Notes: generated from the sequence alone by a model not told the origin. A DNA stretch of 64,000 bases from Octopus vulgaris (GCA_951406725.2 OX597815.1:203050001-203114000); one strand, 5' to 3'. Positions 17,855 through 31,482 are shown, numbered from the stretch's first letter. A program made the numbers and translations.

Positions 17855-19092
17855 GGATCTGTTCAGTTTGGCTTACAGATATTTTAATTAATTTTTCTTT
17901 AACTAAGCAGTTTGATACTTCGCATACTGGTTGAATTTCTTACGCAAAAAACGGTTTACTGTAAATTTTTCGAATTTTAGAAGTTATTCCGTGTTAAGGT
18001 TGTCGTATTTGGGTAATTTTAACCAATCAATGACGTGCATTCAGTTGAAGAACGCTATTGCTGTTTGCGATAGTAATCGAAGAGGGACAACTTCCGGGTC
18101 ATTTCTACTAAATTTCACCACTGTGTTCTATTTTCTTTTTTATTTACTGCCTGTGTTGCATATTACACGTTTTTTTGTGTGTGTTTTTAGTACTCGCCTT
18201 GGAGTAACCAGTAAACATCGAAGAATCAACACAAAGAAGAGAGTAATATTATTTACATATATTTATTCGTTGCCCGACATCGGTCTTTTATCCACACACA
18301 TAAAGCGCACCGGTATTTAAATATGGGTCCGCAGCTAGCTTTTTTTGTTGTTGACGTATATGGAGTTTCAAAATGCCTTATTTTACAACTGTGAGATGTA
18401 CTGTTATTGTTATGATTTTATCTTACTATAATCAACAACAAATACATTTCGTCTATATAAAAGTCTTTATTAGATAAAAAATAACATAATCAAAACAGGA
18501 AGGTAAAACAAAACAAATATCCTTTGTTTTCTTCCAGTCACAAATGTACTGTAGCCGTAGCCTTCCACGTTATTCCCCAAACGATATTTCCTCTGAAAAA
18601 AATCAGTGGAATCAGTCAATCTCCATACACAAATTATTTTCCTCCGGAAATTTATAAAAAGTTACACGTTATGCGCACTTTTCTATTTGCCGCACTCAAA
18701 TTTTCCAGATAAAAAATAGCGGCTTACACACCAGAAATAGGGTAATTGTAGTGGCAGTAACAGCTTTTCTCGCTAGTTGGTAGTTGATAATGTAGAAGTG
18801 GCTACCTGCCAGTAGGGAGGGAAAAAGTAAGGAATGCACGGTGCTGACTAGAAGAAACGATAAAAGTGGCTTCGTCTTCGCTCGACATACCAATAAAATA
18901 CAATGGTGGCATTTAGTAGAGGTAACCCGGAGGTTGTTCCTCTTCGATTACTATTGCAAACAGCAGTAGATTTCTTCAACTGAATACACGACGTTGATTG
19001 GTTAAAATTACCCAAATACGACAATATGAAGCTTCAAACAGGTTAGTTAAAAAAATTAATTATAAAATATGTGCGCCATACTGAACAGATCC
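17855..19092. mobile_element. Non-autonomous long-TIR DNA transposon, MULE-like
   Basis: Termini GGATCTGTTCAG...CTGAACAGATCC, ~200-bp imperfect TIRs (17855-~18135 vs ~18895-19092), 8-bp TSD CAAGTATC / CAAGTTTC. Confidence 0.8.
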
Positions 19093-19254
19093 CAAGTTTC
19101 TTTTACATCTATATCTTTGGAATTTGATTCTGAAGGAACGTTTGTCTGAACTAGCATATGTACTTTAAGTCCAGATATTGTCTTTCAAGTTTTGTGACAT
19201 ATGATACAAGTTGTAAGAAGCGGTTGGGATTCAAGATTATTACCTACCTGGGCA

Positions 19255-19690
19255 TTTCGCTCTTCATGTGACCTCATATGATTCACGTATCCTGCTTTTG
19301 AAAACAGAACACGATCGCACACAATACATATCCAATATTCACTGTTGATTTCAGTTCCAACTGGGGTTTTTTCCGACAGACCCTTTTAAGCTCAGAGCGA
19401 TGAATCATCTGTTCCTCCCATGCCTTGCGACCAGAGCATCAGTTTCCCAATCACTCTTATTGATATCTAGTTTTTTTCAGGTTTTCCGTCACACAGTCTT
19501 TATAACTTTTCTTCGACTTATGCTGTGGTCGCTTACCAGAGTTGAGCTCACCATAAAAATTCATTTTGGCAACTTCTGTATTTGGTATGAAACATTCCTA
19601 CTTGACTCCCAAGATACGTCTGAGACACTTTTGATAAAATCTCTCCAGCATTTTCATATGACGCTAGTGAATGTTCCACGCCTCAGCTGA
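19255..19690 (-). mobile_element. RTE (BovB-like) LINE 3' fragment
   Basis: Minus translation LPK*IFYGELNSGKRPQHKSKKSYKD...WETDA and terminal C2H2 CIVCDRVLFSKAGYVNHMRSH. Confidence 0.75.
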
Positions 19691-19744
19691 ATAAAAAAGA
19701 AATGCAGTCAATACACAAATTTTATTTATTCCTTTTTTATCGAG

Positions 19745-21205
19745 GCATCATCCAGTCAGTCTAATTGCCCGTTCCAGCCTGACTACCTCTCTCCATCCCA
19801 CCCGATCTTCCATTAGTGTTTTTAGGTCTTGAACTTGGCATCCAACATCTTCTGGAAGCTGTTGTATATACGCTTTCCATGGTCTTCTAGCAGCTGTGGT
19901 ACCATGATTTGGTATCCATAGCAACACATTATTCACTAGTTCTTCCTTACCTCTCCAACAGTGGCCAGCAAGCCTCAATCTCCGCTCTTGGATGGTTGGT
20001 GAGAAAGTCAGTACATTACTATATAACTGTTGTTTTGTTGGGTGCTCCCTCCAAGGGATGTTGATCACTGCACGTAACATTCTTGTGTAGGCACCGTCCA
20101 GCATGCACCTGAATCTCTTGGTGAGAGTCCAAGTCGAAGATTCATATACACGCACAGACTCAACAAATGCTCTGAAGAACTGTTTCTTCAATTTATCTGG
20201 TAGAATTGACTTCGATATTGTTCTAAAACCATCTATAGCTGCCCAAGCCTTAGCAACGCGTGATTTAATGTCTTTTTCATGAGACAAGATATTGCTGCCT
20301 AGGTAAGTAAACTCGTTGACATTTTCAAGGGCTTCTTTTTTGATGGTCCTGACTTTACCTGTTGTGTTCAGCGTGATAAACTGTCTTTTTTTTCCATTCA
20401 CATATAGTTCTATGTTAGCGGCAGCATTTTCCAGGAGTTCAGCATCTTTTGTGTTATCTGCGAAGAGCAGTATGTCATCAGCATAATCGGCGTCCGTCAA
20501 GTAGGTAGCCAGATATCCCCTGCTTCTATACTTCTGTAAAGTGAAACCCATATCATTGTGTTGATCTATTGAGGTACGCAATACATAATCGAGACACCGG
20601 ATGAACAAGTAAAGAGCTAGTGTGTCACCCTGCAGTACTCCTGCACGAACATTGAAGTCAGTATCTCCATCTGGTGGCCGCACTTTCGCTCGGGTGTTTT
20701 GTTATACAACATCATTACTACCTTTTTGTTTCATCAGGGATTTCTTATACCTTAAGGATTTCTGCCTTCTTATATTGTGTATAGAGTCAAAGGCTTTTGA
20801 GAAATCAACAAAGAGAACTGCATTAAGGTTTTTGCCTCGTACTCCCTCCAATTTGACCAAATGTAGAGCGGCTCTTCCTGAATCCATTTTGATTTTTCCT
20901 AAGAACTCTTTCAATTTGAGGTTGGACTCGATTGAGTAGCAATGCAGTGTAAATCTTCACTGCAATTGGTGTTAATGTAATTCCTTTGTAGTTTATTGCA
21001 AGGCCCAGATCCCCTTTTGTGGGGAAAGGCAGGACACATCCTTCTGTCCAGAATTTTATATTGCTTTAATGATATATTTGGTTGCACGATTTAAAAAGAA
21101 TGCCATTTAAATTGTTGATTTTCCAGACTTCAAGAGTAATGTCATCCAATCCTGCAGCCTTTTGGTTTTTGGTCTTCCTCAGTACAACTTCAAGCTTGTC
21201 CGTAG
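19745..21205 (-). mobile_element. RTE-clade LINE, RT half
   Basis: AAGLDDITLEVWK, NYKGITL, FVDFSKAFDSIH, GVLQGDTL, DYADDI, FTYLGS, RRLRLAGHCWR. Ends ...GGATGATG. Confidence 0.9.
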
Positions 21206-21209
21206 TTCG

Positions 21210-22645
21210 TGTGTTGGTGACAACAGTCTGGGATTGCCTCATTAAGCTATACCGTCCGATGAAAGAGACTTTTTCCTGCTCTGGTCATGGACAGGAAGAT
21301 TGCCTCCGGTAATCTGGCAGGGTCACCCGAGGTGAGCAGGTTGATGTTGAACCCAAAAAGGCAAACGGGGCGCTGATTATCTGCATAGCAGGTGTGAAAC
21401 CTTGGCGGAGGAACTGTTAAACTAGTCAACAGTAAGGTGCACCTGATGCTGCGCAGAGAAATCCAAACTATATCAATGGCCAGGGTCGACCAGTTCAGTC
21501 AGAGAAATACAGTGATCATCAATAGATGTGGCTCACACTGATGATTATACGGAGCTATCGAAACACTAGTCATGATACTAGATCATTCAAGAAACTCATG
21601 CCACACCGATCGTCGCGCGGATTACCAAGGGCCGCGACCAAGGGGGCTAGTTTTTGGCACCTGCGTTCGACAAGCCAGGTACAGAACCAAAATCTAAATT
21701 TGCCAGATACAAGCATTCTGTTAAAGTAAAGGTTTTCAATGTAAGAACTTCGAAATCTGCGTCTCAAATATCAGAACTTGCTGCATCGGCTATTAACTTT
21801 CATATCGACATCGGCTATTAACTTTCATATCGACAACGTGTGTCTTCCATGATGACAATTTAAAGCATCATGAACTCGATAACAACTGGACTCTTGTGTC
21901 TGTATTTGCATGTTAAAACTCTATTAATACATCGACGGCGTAGAATTATTACTCAACCCGTATGCCCAGAAATCACTAAACGGCACTGGGAAAATAACAT
22001 CCAAAATAATAGTTGCCAATTTCAATGGTAACACTGTCACCTGATGCTACAGCCCAACAAAGGTCATAAATGTTTACAATGTTTTATCGTCTCTTGTACG
22101 ATCAATACCAGAACACAACATCCTCATCATTGGTGGAGACATTAATGGACAATTAGGCCATAACAGTCCCCATCATAAGCACTCGTTCCATCAAATCTCA
22201 AATCGAAATGGAGAACACTTAGAGCACTTTTTGGTAGAAAACAAACTTCAGTGCCTGAACACTTATTTTCAGACGAGATCGGGTAAGAAGTGGGCCCATA
22301 CTTCTTCAAACGGATTCGAAGCTCAGCTAGAATATTTTATCATGAACAAAAAGTAGATTAACAGCTACCACAACTGTGAAGCAAACATCACTTTCTGTGG
22401 TGTATCATCTGACCATCGAGTGGTAATATCTTAGCTTCAGGTAAGCTTCGGAGCAAACAATATAATAGGATCCTCAAGACCACTCTACAACTGGCCTATT
22501 CTGACGTACAACGGGAAAGTCCGAAATGATCTCACGATCAAACTCAGAAATCGCTTCGATGCGTTACAAGATGTAAACGAAAATCACACACCAAACACAA
22601 CATATCTCTACTTCCACCAAGCTCATTATGAGGCTACTGAAAAAT
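21210..22645 (+). mobile_element. Probably the same RTE element: putative 5'UTR + AP endonuclease in opposite orientation
   Basis: Plus translation FNVRT, QISELAASA, *CYSPT, LIIGGDING, NRNGEHL, SDHR with stops. Confidence 0.8.
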
Positions 22646-22878
22646 GGAAGACACACGTTGTCGATATGAAAGTTAATAGCCGATGCAGCAAGTTCTGATA
22701 TTTGAGACACAGATTTCGAAGTTCTTACATTGAAAGTCTTTACTTTAACAGAATGATTCTATCTGGCAAATTTAGATTTTGGTTCTGTACCTGGCTTGTC
22801 GAACGCAGGTGCCAAAAACTGGCACCCTTGGTCGCGGCCCTTGATAATCCGCGCGATGATCGATGTGGCATGAGTTTC
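22645..22878 (-). repeat. Inverted duplicate of 21591-21850 (RTE ORF start)
   Basis: About 10 substitutions by manual alignment. ORFs 21570-21767(-) and 22702-22905(+) are almost identical. Confidence 0.92.
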
Positions 22879-23284
22879 AGACCAAAGAGCCCCCTCGGAA
22901 AGTGACAGTGCTCACAAAAAGAATTAACATAAAGGAAATACGTTTTACTTTCTGGGTGAACTCTATACCGTATTTTGGGGGAATGGCGTTTTTAGTGTTA
23001 CACCATAAGATGTATGATAAATGTTATACAAAGAATGTTCATACAACTGGCTGCTAATGTAGGTGTGAATGTGAGTTTAAAATCACTCTGACGGCGACTA
23101 ACTAGTCTTTTCAGTTATAGTTTTATTTCAAACACTCGTCAAATAATATGTGCCCATCAGTTTATGTATATGAAACAGTTCAAAGTGATTTGAATCCTCT
23201 TTGACTTATATTTCTACCGAGTCCAGTAACGAAGTAAAGATCGTTGTTGCTATTGCAAATTTTTGATGTTGAAACCGCTGTTTT

Positions 23285-23500
23285 GCTGTTATTGTTTAGT
23301 TGACAACTTGTTTGGGTCCTGATCTAGAAGATCTATAACTAAATACATTCCAGTTATGACCGCCTTCTCTTATTAATATTTCCAAGCGTATTATTCCTTG
23401 TACTACGTAATTGAATGTGCCATTTTATTTTAAGCATGATGAGAGTAGCTTAAAAGAGATGGAGCTGCGATTTCAATTTACCAAGTAAAAACGCCCTGGC
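23285..23500 (-). repeat. Old dispersed repeat family O
   Basis: cctgatc..atctat..cattccag..tgacc..agagat..gctg..atttc, similar to 57125-57325. Confidence 0.45.
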
Positions 23501-24235
23501 TTCGAAACGATAACTGAATTAGGAATACTCAATGGGGTGTGTATGCTTTATAAAGAGGACTGAAATAGCTATAATTTACAATGAAAGCGAGTTATGGTCC
23601 AGCCATTCTCCAATATCCTTGAAACTCTCACTTCACACCCAGTACTTCTCTCTACTTTACAGCACTGGTCAATCATACAGAACACAAAAAAGACTAATCT
23701 AATCAAAGACTCTGGCCAAGAAATAAATATATTATTGGCAGATTTCATAATTGCGTCACTATTATTTATTAAGCTTTTTTCTGTTTTTCGTTGGCAAGGA
23801 AAAGAGGATTCTATTTCCATATGAAAAGATACAACACATACTGTAATCATTGCCTTGCAGCTTAATGTATACTGATCTCGGTACTCTCATACAGTTACGC
23901 TCTCTCCGTCTCTCTCTAACCCTTCATCTTTCTCTTCTCTCTCTCTCTCTCGCTCTCGCTCTCTCTCGCTCTCGCTCTAACTGTCTATCTAGCTCTGCCT
24001 ATCCCTTACATAGATATTCTCTAAACCACACAAATTTGCATTTTCCCTTAAGATCTTTACTGTCAAACACACACACATACACGCACGCATACACACACAC
24101 ACACTCAACCTCATGCTTTCAATTTCTGACATACGCCCACACTCCTTCTCGCAAATGCATACATTGAGATATCACACCATCATCCTCTCTTTCGAACTCA
24201 TAATTACATTGTCTTTCTCTTAATTTGCATGCATA

Positions 24236-25521
24236 CGAGTTTCGTTCAAAGCTTTTTATGCCTTTGGGTATAAAAATAAAATAACAATTTCGTACATTTC
24301 ACAAAGTTTTTTTAATCACCTTCAAAATATTCCCCCTTGAGAGCTCACAAACTTCTCTCAGCGTTTCTGTTACTGCTAGAATAATATGGAGCGCCGCCAT
24401 CGCTTTTCTCATAATATCCTCTCTTGACTTAAACTACTTTCCCTTCAGTTTGGGAAAGAGCCAGAAATCACACGGCGCCGAGCTGGGGGTGTAGAGAGCC
24501 TGTTAAATAAGGGATGTGCTGTTCTTGATTAGGAAATCTTAGATTATGTAGGCAGAGTGAGCGGGTGCATTGTCGTGGAGGATCTGCCTATCCTTCGCTG
24601 ACCATAACTCCGGGGGCTTTCAAAGCACAGCACCACGAAGGCGATGTATTACCTCCAGGAAGTATTCCTTATTGATTGTTTGGCTTTGTGGAGCGTATTC
24701 ATGATGCAGAATACCACGGGAGTCAAAGAAACAGGTCAACAATGCCTTCACATTGCTCTTTTGGTCCTTGGTGATGACTGATATTTCCACTGGGAGAACT
24801 GAAAGTTGGTTTCCGGGTCGTAACTATAAACCCACGTTTCATTACTAGTGATGATAGCCTTCATGAAGTCTGGGTCGTGGTTTGTACAGTTCAGCATAAC
24901 CTGAGCGATTTCCATGCGATGATTCTACTTCTGCTTCGACAGTACCTTTGAGACAATTTTCGCCGACACTTTCCGCATGCACAAATCCTCCTTCAAAATG
25001 GAATGCAGGGACCCAGTGTGGTTATACCCGCTCCGTGATCAATTCTCTGAATTGTTACACGAAGGTCTTCCATGACTATTCGCCGAACTTTTTCAATCGT
25101 CTCCACATTTCGGCTTGTGGATGACCTGCCTGAGCGTGCCTCAACTACACTGGAGTGCGTCCCTATTTGAAGTGGTTGCGCCAGTCCTTGTTCTGATTTT
25201 TCCCATGGCATCATCTCCAAAGTCCTGCTGAATCTTCTAGATGGTTTCTGCTTCAGTATTAGCAAGTTTTCACAAAGCTTAATGCAATGTCCATGCTCTA
25301 GGCTTTCGGCCATCTTGCGTAAAACCCAAAATCCGACGAATGTGGACTACACGTCAGTACTTTAGACGTGACATCTGGGAGTTGATGCGGCGTACCGGCG
25401 CGAAAGTCAATGTATGTTCGCAATTGTGTGACATCACCTCCCATCCAAATGATTTTGACCCCGTGGCATTATTTTTGTTGGGAAAAAATAAAGTAGTATA
25501 CTTTATTGAATTGTTCACGAT
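24236..25521 (-). mobile_element. Mariner (DD34D) transposon relic
   Basis: HTH ARSGRSSTSRNVETIEKVRRIV, IITSNETWVYSYDPET, LHDNAPAH, APCDFWLFP. Degenerate TIR beginning TA-CGAG. Confidence 0.85.
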
Positions 25522-25743
25522 AAACACTCACCCACAAACACACATACAAACATACACACACACGCACACACACATACATATATACGTATATATACATACA
25601 CCCACCTATATGTACATTACATGTGTGTGTGTGAGCGTGTGTGTGGGAGTGTAATTGTTTCTTGATAATTTCGAAGATGTTCAGAGAAATTATGTCAAAC
25701 AAATGATTATGTATCCAGCATGTTAGTAGTCATAAGTTTCATA

Positions 25744-25893
25744 GTTAGAGCAGCGGACTCGCGGTCATAGGATCGCAGTTTCGATTCTCAGACCGGGCGT
25801 TGTGAGTGTTTATTGAGCGAAAACACCTAAAGCTCCATGAGGCTCCGGCAGGGGATGGTGATGATTCCTGCTGTACTCTTTCACCACAACTTT
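25744..25893 (+). mobile_element. SINE family B, partial head/body duplicate
   Basis: Direct repeat of 25928-26076. Confidence 0.85.
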
Positions 25894-25907
25894 ATATACA
25901 CCAACGT

Positions 25908-26290
25908 GGAGGCACAATGGCCCTGTGGTTAGGGCAGCGGACTCGCGGTCATAGGATCGCGGTTTCGATTCCCAGACCGGGCGTTGTAAGTGTTTATTGA
26001 GCGAAGACACCTAAAGCCCCAGGAAGCTCCGGCAGGGGATGGTGGTGATCCCTGCTGTACTCTTTCACCACAACTTTCTCTCACTCTTACTTCCTGTTTC
26101 TGTAGTACCTGTATTTCAAAGGGGCGGCCTTGTCACTCTCTGTGTCACGCTGAATATCCCCGAGAACTACGTTAAGGGTACACGTGTCTGTGGAGTGCTC
26201 AGCCACTTACACGTTAATTTCACGAGCAGGCTGTTCCTTTGATCGGATCAACCGGAACCCTCGTCGTCGTAACCGACGGAGTGCTTCCAT
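25908..26290 (+). mobile_element. SINE family B, full length (tRNA-derived head)
   Basis: A-box TGGCCCTGTGG, B-box GTTTCGATTCC. Tail shared with 38822-38997. Confidence 0.85.
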
Positions 26291-26732
26291 CCAGTGTACT
26301 CATGGTTTAGTGATAGCATTTCCAAATAAGTTCCGTCCCGGCAGTTCAACAAATTGGAAAATGACGTCAGTATAGAACATTTTGCCGAGGTGGCATAAGC
26401 CGAACGATTTATATACACCAACACGTTGTTTGACAAACACTAACACAGCACATTGTATCTACAATATAGTAATGTATTCGTATGACATACTCTGAAGATG
26501 TCTAAGAATGATGATGATTTTTTTTTACTTCAGATTCCTACAGTATTATTACTGTCTACACCTGCTTTTAACTCAAAGAAATTTCGGTCGCTTCTCTCTG
26601 CCAACTTAAACACACATTCATATACGTGCACACAAACAAATGCCCACAAAGACACACGTTCATATATACAGATGTATATATGTATACGGCTATACATATT
26701 TGCATATGTAACTATATAACCAAACATATATC

Positions 26733-26857
<125 letters not shown>

Positions 26858-26971
26858 GTGTGTGTTTGGGTGCGCCTATATGTGAATGTATATATACATA
26901 TATTTTGTAAATAGAATTATGTCTTCATCTTACTCTGAATATAGAAAATATGATAATATTAAGACGTATGA

Positions 26972-27180
26972 AGACAAAGAGCTGGCAGAATCGTTAGCAA
27001 GCTGGGCAAAATGCATAGTGGCAAGTCGTACGTATTTACATTCTGAGTTCAAACTCTGCCGAGGTCGACTTTGCTTTTCATTCTTTCTGGGGCGAGGAAA
27101 TAAGTAGCATTTGAATACTGGGGGTCATATAATCGACCATTCTCCTCCCGAGAAATTACTGGCCTTGCGCTAAAATTTGA
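26972..27180 (+). mobile_element. SINE family M
   Basis: gagctggcagaatcgttagc...ttctgagttcaaa...gccgaggtcgactttgc. Confidence 0.8.
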
Positions 27181-27713
27181 CCCCGATAATCAGAACGGTA
27201 ACGGGAAAAAAGGAAAAACTGAGGCACATTCATTTTTGTCTGTTACGGAGGTTTATATGCTCTAATATTAACCGATTTACTATAATCAATATAAGGAAAA
27301 TGTTTATAATTTTATTTACAAAATTTCACTCACCACCGTTTCCTACTTCACGCAAAATTCTGACCTGCTTCCCTATTTACAGCTATGAAATCAGATTTCA
27401 TGAATTTAACAGAAAATGGGTGGGTATTTTGGTGTAATCAGTTTGCACACGTATCGTGAAAATAAAACGAGTGGGTTCGATTCCAACCCGCATTAAGGTA
27501 AGTTTTCTTAAGTTACGGGGTTTTGTTCGCCGGAATAGTAGACTATTTGCTATAGTCAAAATACGGTGAAGACTTACAATGTTATTCAGAAAATAACGTC
27601 AGCAAGTAAATTATTTGTTGCTCCGCACTGTTATCTGCCAACCAATAATAAACCGTCATATTCATAGCGAACAATGAAAATCAAATCAATGATATACTTA
27701 AGGTTCGAACTTA

Positions 27714-28138
27714 GGCGCAGGACTGGCTGTGTGGTAAGTAGCTTGTTTACCAACCACATGGTTCCGAGTTCAGTCCCGCTGCGTGGCACCTTGAGCAAGT
27801 GTCTTCTACTATAGCCTCGGGCCGACCAAAGCCTTGTGAGTGGATTTGGTAGACGGAAACTGAAAAGAAGCCTGTCGTATATATGTATATATATATATAT
27901 ATACATATGCATGTGTGTGTTTGTGTGTCTGTGTTTGTCATCCTAGCATTGCTTGACAACCGATGCTGGTGTATTTATGTCCCGTTACTTAGCGGTTCGG
28001 CAAAAGAGACCGATAGAATATGTACTGGGCTTACAAAAGAATAAGTCCCGGGGTCGAGTTGCTCGATTAAAGGCGGTGCTCCAGCATGGCCGCAGTCAAA
28101 TGACTGAAACAAGTAAAAGAGTAAAGAGTAAAGAGAGA
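27714..28138 (+). mobile_element. SINE family A, full length with TSD
   Basis: TSD TTCGAACTT at 27704-27712 and 28139-28147. Confidence 0.93.
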
Positions 28139-28849
28139 TTCGAACTTGAATATACTAAACACTGTTTTATTCCATCATTGGAGTACCACTTATTCTTTCA
28201 AGCGAATGTGTTTTCATAGCCCAGTTGATCCATTAGTATAAGGTGACTTAGGAACAGCCAGCGTTTCTTCTGAACGTAGAAGTTTTTCCCCAAAGACGAA
28301 ACACACCAGCGTTTAGCATATTCACGCTCGAATCTGCCGGAACGTATTGAGAATGAATGTATGACTTGAACCATTTTTCCTTCTCACATTGCTACCCTTT
28401 CTATAAAGCTAACGTAGATACTTGGATTCAAAATGTTTGCTGTTCGATAAAAGAGCAGCCTCGTACTCCTTGCATTCTCTGTCTATTCTGGTTTTCAGTC
28501 CACCATTCCAGAATATGATATATTGTTTTATCGACGTCGGAAGTATGAAAGGCAATCTTAACATCAACGTGTTCTTGATTCAGGATATATTCAAGATGGT
28601 CGATGCATTTTATCTCGAAACTAGACTTGTACTTTATTTTACGAACTCTAAATTAATGTAATGTAAACTGACCTTGATACGATTTAAGTCAGAAGGTAAA
28701 TAACCAGATCAAATTACGCAAAGTATTTTATCCAATACCGTAACGATACTGTTAATTCATCGCCATTTTGAATAACGTAACGTGAAATACATATTAGCTC
28801 GGTTAAGTGGTAAATGACTGGAACAGCAACAAATCAATAACAGCGAAGA

Positions 28850-29045
28850 AACTTGAACCTGGTCGCTCAATCTGCTAAGAATAGAGATCACATTCCCCTC
28901 ACTTCACCCAACCCCCACCTCCTTTACCGGAATAAAAAAAATCAACAACACTCGGTTTCAATGAAAAAAAAGTGGGATTGTCACGGCTGAGACGCCTTTG
29001 ATCATGACTGCTCACTCGGAAGTAATCTGGGGATAAACAACGGCA
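28850..29045 (+). repeat. Old dispersed repeat family O
   Basis: ctcaatctgctaagaatag...gggattgtcacggctg..gcctttgatcat. Confidence 0.45.
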
Positions 29046-29946
29046 TCAAAACATATATGAATAGTTTAATATCAAGCTCTAGAGTAAACTCCCATGAAAC
29101 CAATCGTGAGAAGTCTCTTGGGGCTGGTTGCCCTAAGATACTCCTTCAGTGAAATAGCAATCAATGTGTTCCAACCAGGCCTCAATGTCTTACACAAAGA
29201 CAGAACACATTGCACATTGTAGTCCCTTGTAGACAAAGCTGAAAAGATATATATAAAACGAAAAATAACAGAATTTAGTAACAAAGGAAACAACTTCCAT
29301 CATGGATCTACACGGAATTGGTGATAGACATAATTCACTCATAACATCACTGCAATAATACATGATAAGAATACTTCGTTAAATGTAATGACGTCAATTA
29401 ATCTCCATTGCGGCAACTGGATCGATCGATACGATGATTATCGTAAGAAGTTTTGGAAGGTTAAGTATAAAAGATAAATGGCTGTTGCTAATGTTGTTGC
29501 TGTTGTGAACCCATGCATATGTGTGAGAAATCAATATTTTGAGTTTTCTTTTCTAAACTGTATATACTGTCGAAGTCGCTCAAAAAGCTAAACAATATTC
29601 AAAGGTTGTTCACAGGAGACTGAAAACTGTTAGTAAACTGACTTTTCTGCTTTTCTTTTCTTTTTTTTTCTTTCTTTTTTTTTTTTTCTTAGGTCGTAGT
29701 TAGAATTTATCTATTGTATCTTATACACCATTTGTATTTCTTGAAATACCAATTATACAGTTTTCCTATACTGAACACATATAGGTACCTCTTATCCTTG
29801 TAACGTCTTATTCTTTTGGTTTTTCTATGTGTAGGGAGTTGCATGTAAGGATCAAACAATTTGATTCGAAATCCGTGATACTTAAAATTCCAAAGAACAG
29901 GATGGTGCTTATCGTCGAGCATTGGAAATTTGAATTTGAATATACA

Positions 29947-31205
29947 TTGGGTCATCCCACAAATAATGCGGTTTTTTCAATTGCATGAACTAAAAGTCGG
30001 AGTGGGGTGGGATAAACTACTTGCATCAACTTGCTATAAAAACAGATTTAAATTTTACCTTTTTCTTATCCTTAGTGCAAGTTTTGAAGAGTATGGTTCA
30101 GTTTTAGCAGTTATGTTTTCGAAGTTATAATGGAAGTGACAAAGGAGCATATTCGGAATATTTTGCTTTATGAGTTCAATAAAGGTAACCACGCAGCGAA
30201 AATGCAAGGAATATGAATGCAGTATATTGGGGTTCGGTCAATAAGCGTAAGCCAGTGTCAACAGTAGTTCCAGAAATTTCGAGCCTGAAACTACCGCCTA
30301 GAAGACGAGCCTCGTTTTGGAAGATCTATAGAGTCCGGCGTGGACTATCCAGCAAACCTTGGCGGAATAAAATCCCATCGTAACTATTGAGGAACTTGCA
30401 GAGAAGTTTGGAATTAGTCATGCACCCTTTCATAGACACTTGCGTGCCATCGAAAAAGTCCAGTAACTTGGATCAATGGGTTCCTCACAAACTTTCCGGG
30501 TCTAATCGCGTGCAGAGAGTAAATGTGCGCTCTTATTAGCTGTCATGTCTCACAAATGAAGCTTTTTTTTGACTGACTAGTGACTGGTGACGATAAACGG
30601 GTTCTCTATAAAAATGTCAAGCGCCGAAGACAGTGGGTAGGGGAAGTAGAAACACCAATACCTCAAGCTGAAGAATGTGTTCACCTACGTAAGGTGTTGT
30701 TATCTCTTTGTTGGGATATGAAGTGTTTAGTCCACTTTGAACTTTTAAACATAAACCAAACGATAACAAAGGAGATCTACTGCGAACAGTTTGAGTGGCT
30801 TAAGTCAGCGCTAGATGAAAAACGACCAACTTTGGTTTCAAGACAAAAGGTGTTCTTTAATCAGGATAATGCTCGGCCACATACAGCGTGAGGACATTCA
30901 AAGGTTGGGGCAGTTTGAAACAACGCCCCACCCACCATGGACATTGCCCCATTTTATTATCGTTTATTCCGCAGTCATCAAAATCCTTTGGACGAAAAAT
31001 ATGAATTCTGTAGACGTAGACAGAACAGTACTGGAGGAGTATTTTCGTCACGGACAAATGAATTTTGTAAGTCTACCAGATAGATGGAAGAGCATTGTAG
31101 AAAATGACGGATAGTATACTTTAGGTTAAGAAAGAACTTTGTTTATCTTAATTTTAAGAAATAAAAGAAGTATAAAAAGACCGCATTATTTATGGGATGA
31201 CCCAA
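29947..31205 (+). mobile_element. Full-length mariner transposon with disrupted transposase
   Basis: 26-bp TIR TTGGGTCATCCCACAAATAATGCGGT / ACCGCATTATTTATGGGATGACCCAA, TA on the right (CA on the left). MEVTKEHIRNILLYEF at 30130, WVPH, VTGDDK, QDNARPH, with stops and frameshifts. Confidence 0.93.
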
Positions 31206-31482
31206 TATATACATGCTTGTATGTGCGTGCTAGTTTTTATATTTGCCCTCCTGTCCCATAACATTCGATGGTGAGCTTTTTTTTCAAAGTCCGACGAAAG
31301 AAACTGGTTGAAAAAGTATGAGAGTTAAAATATGTTGTACAGCCGACTAGACACTTCAAGGTAATGTTCCGGGATAACCGCAGTCTACTGACCGAAACAA
31401 GTAGAAGCGTATATGATCTAAAGACCAAATTTTTCCGCTCAGCTATTATTTCCTATCCTTTGTAGTGAGTCTTATAAGATAA

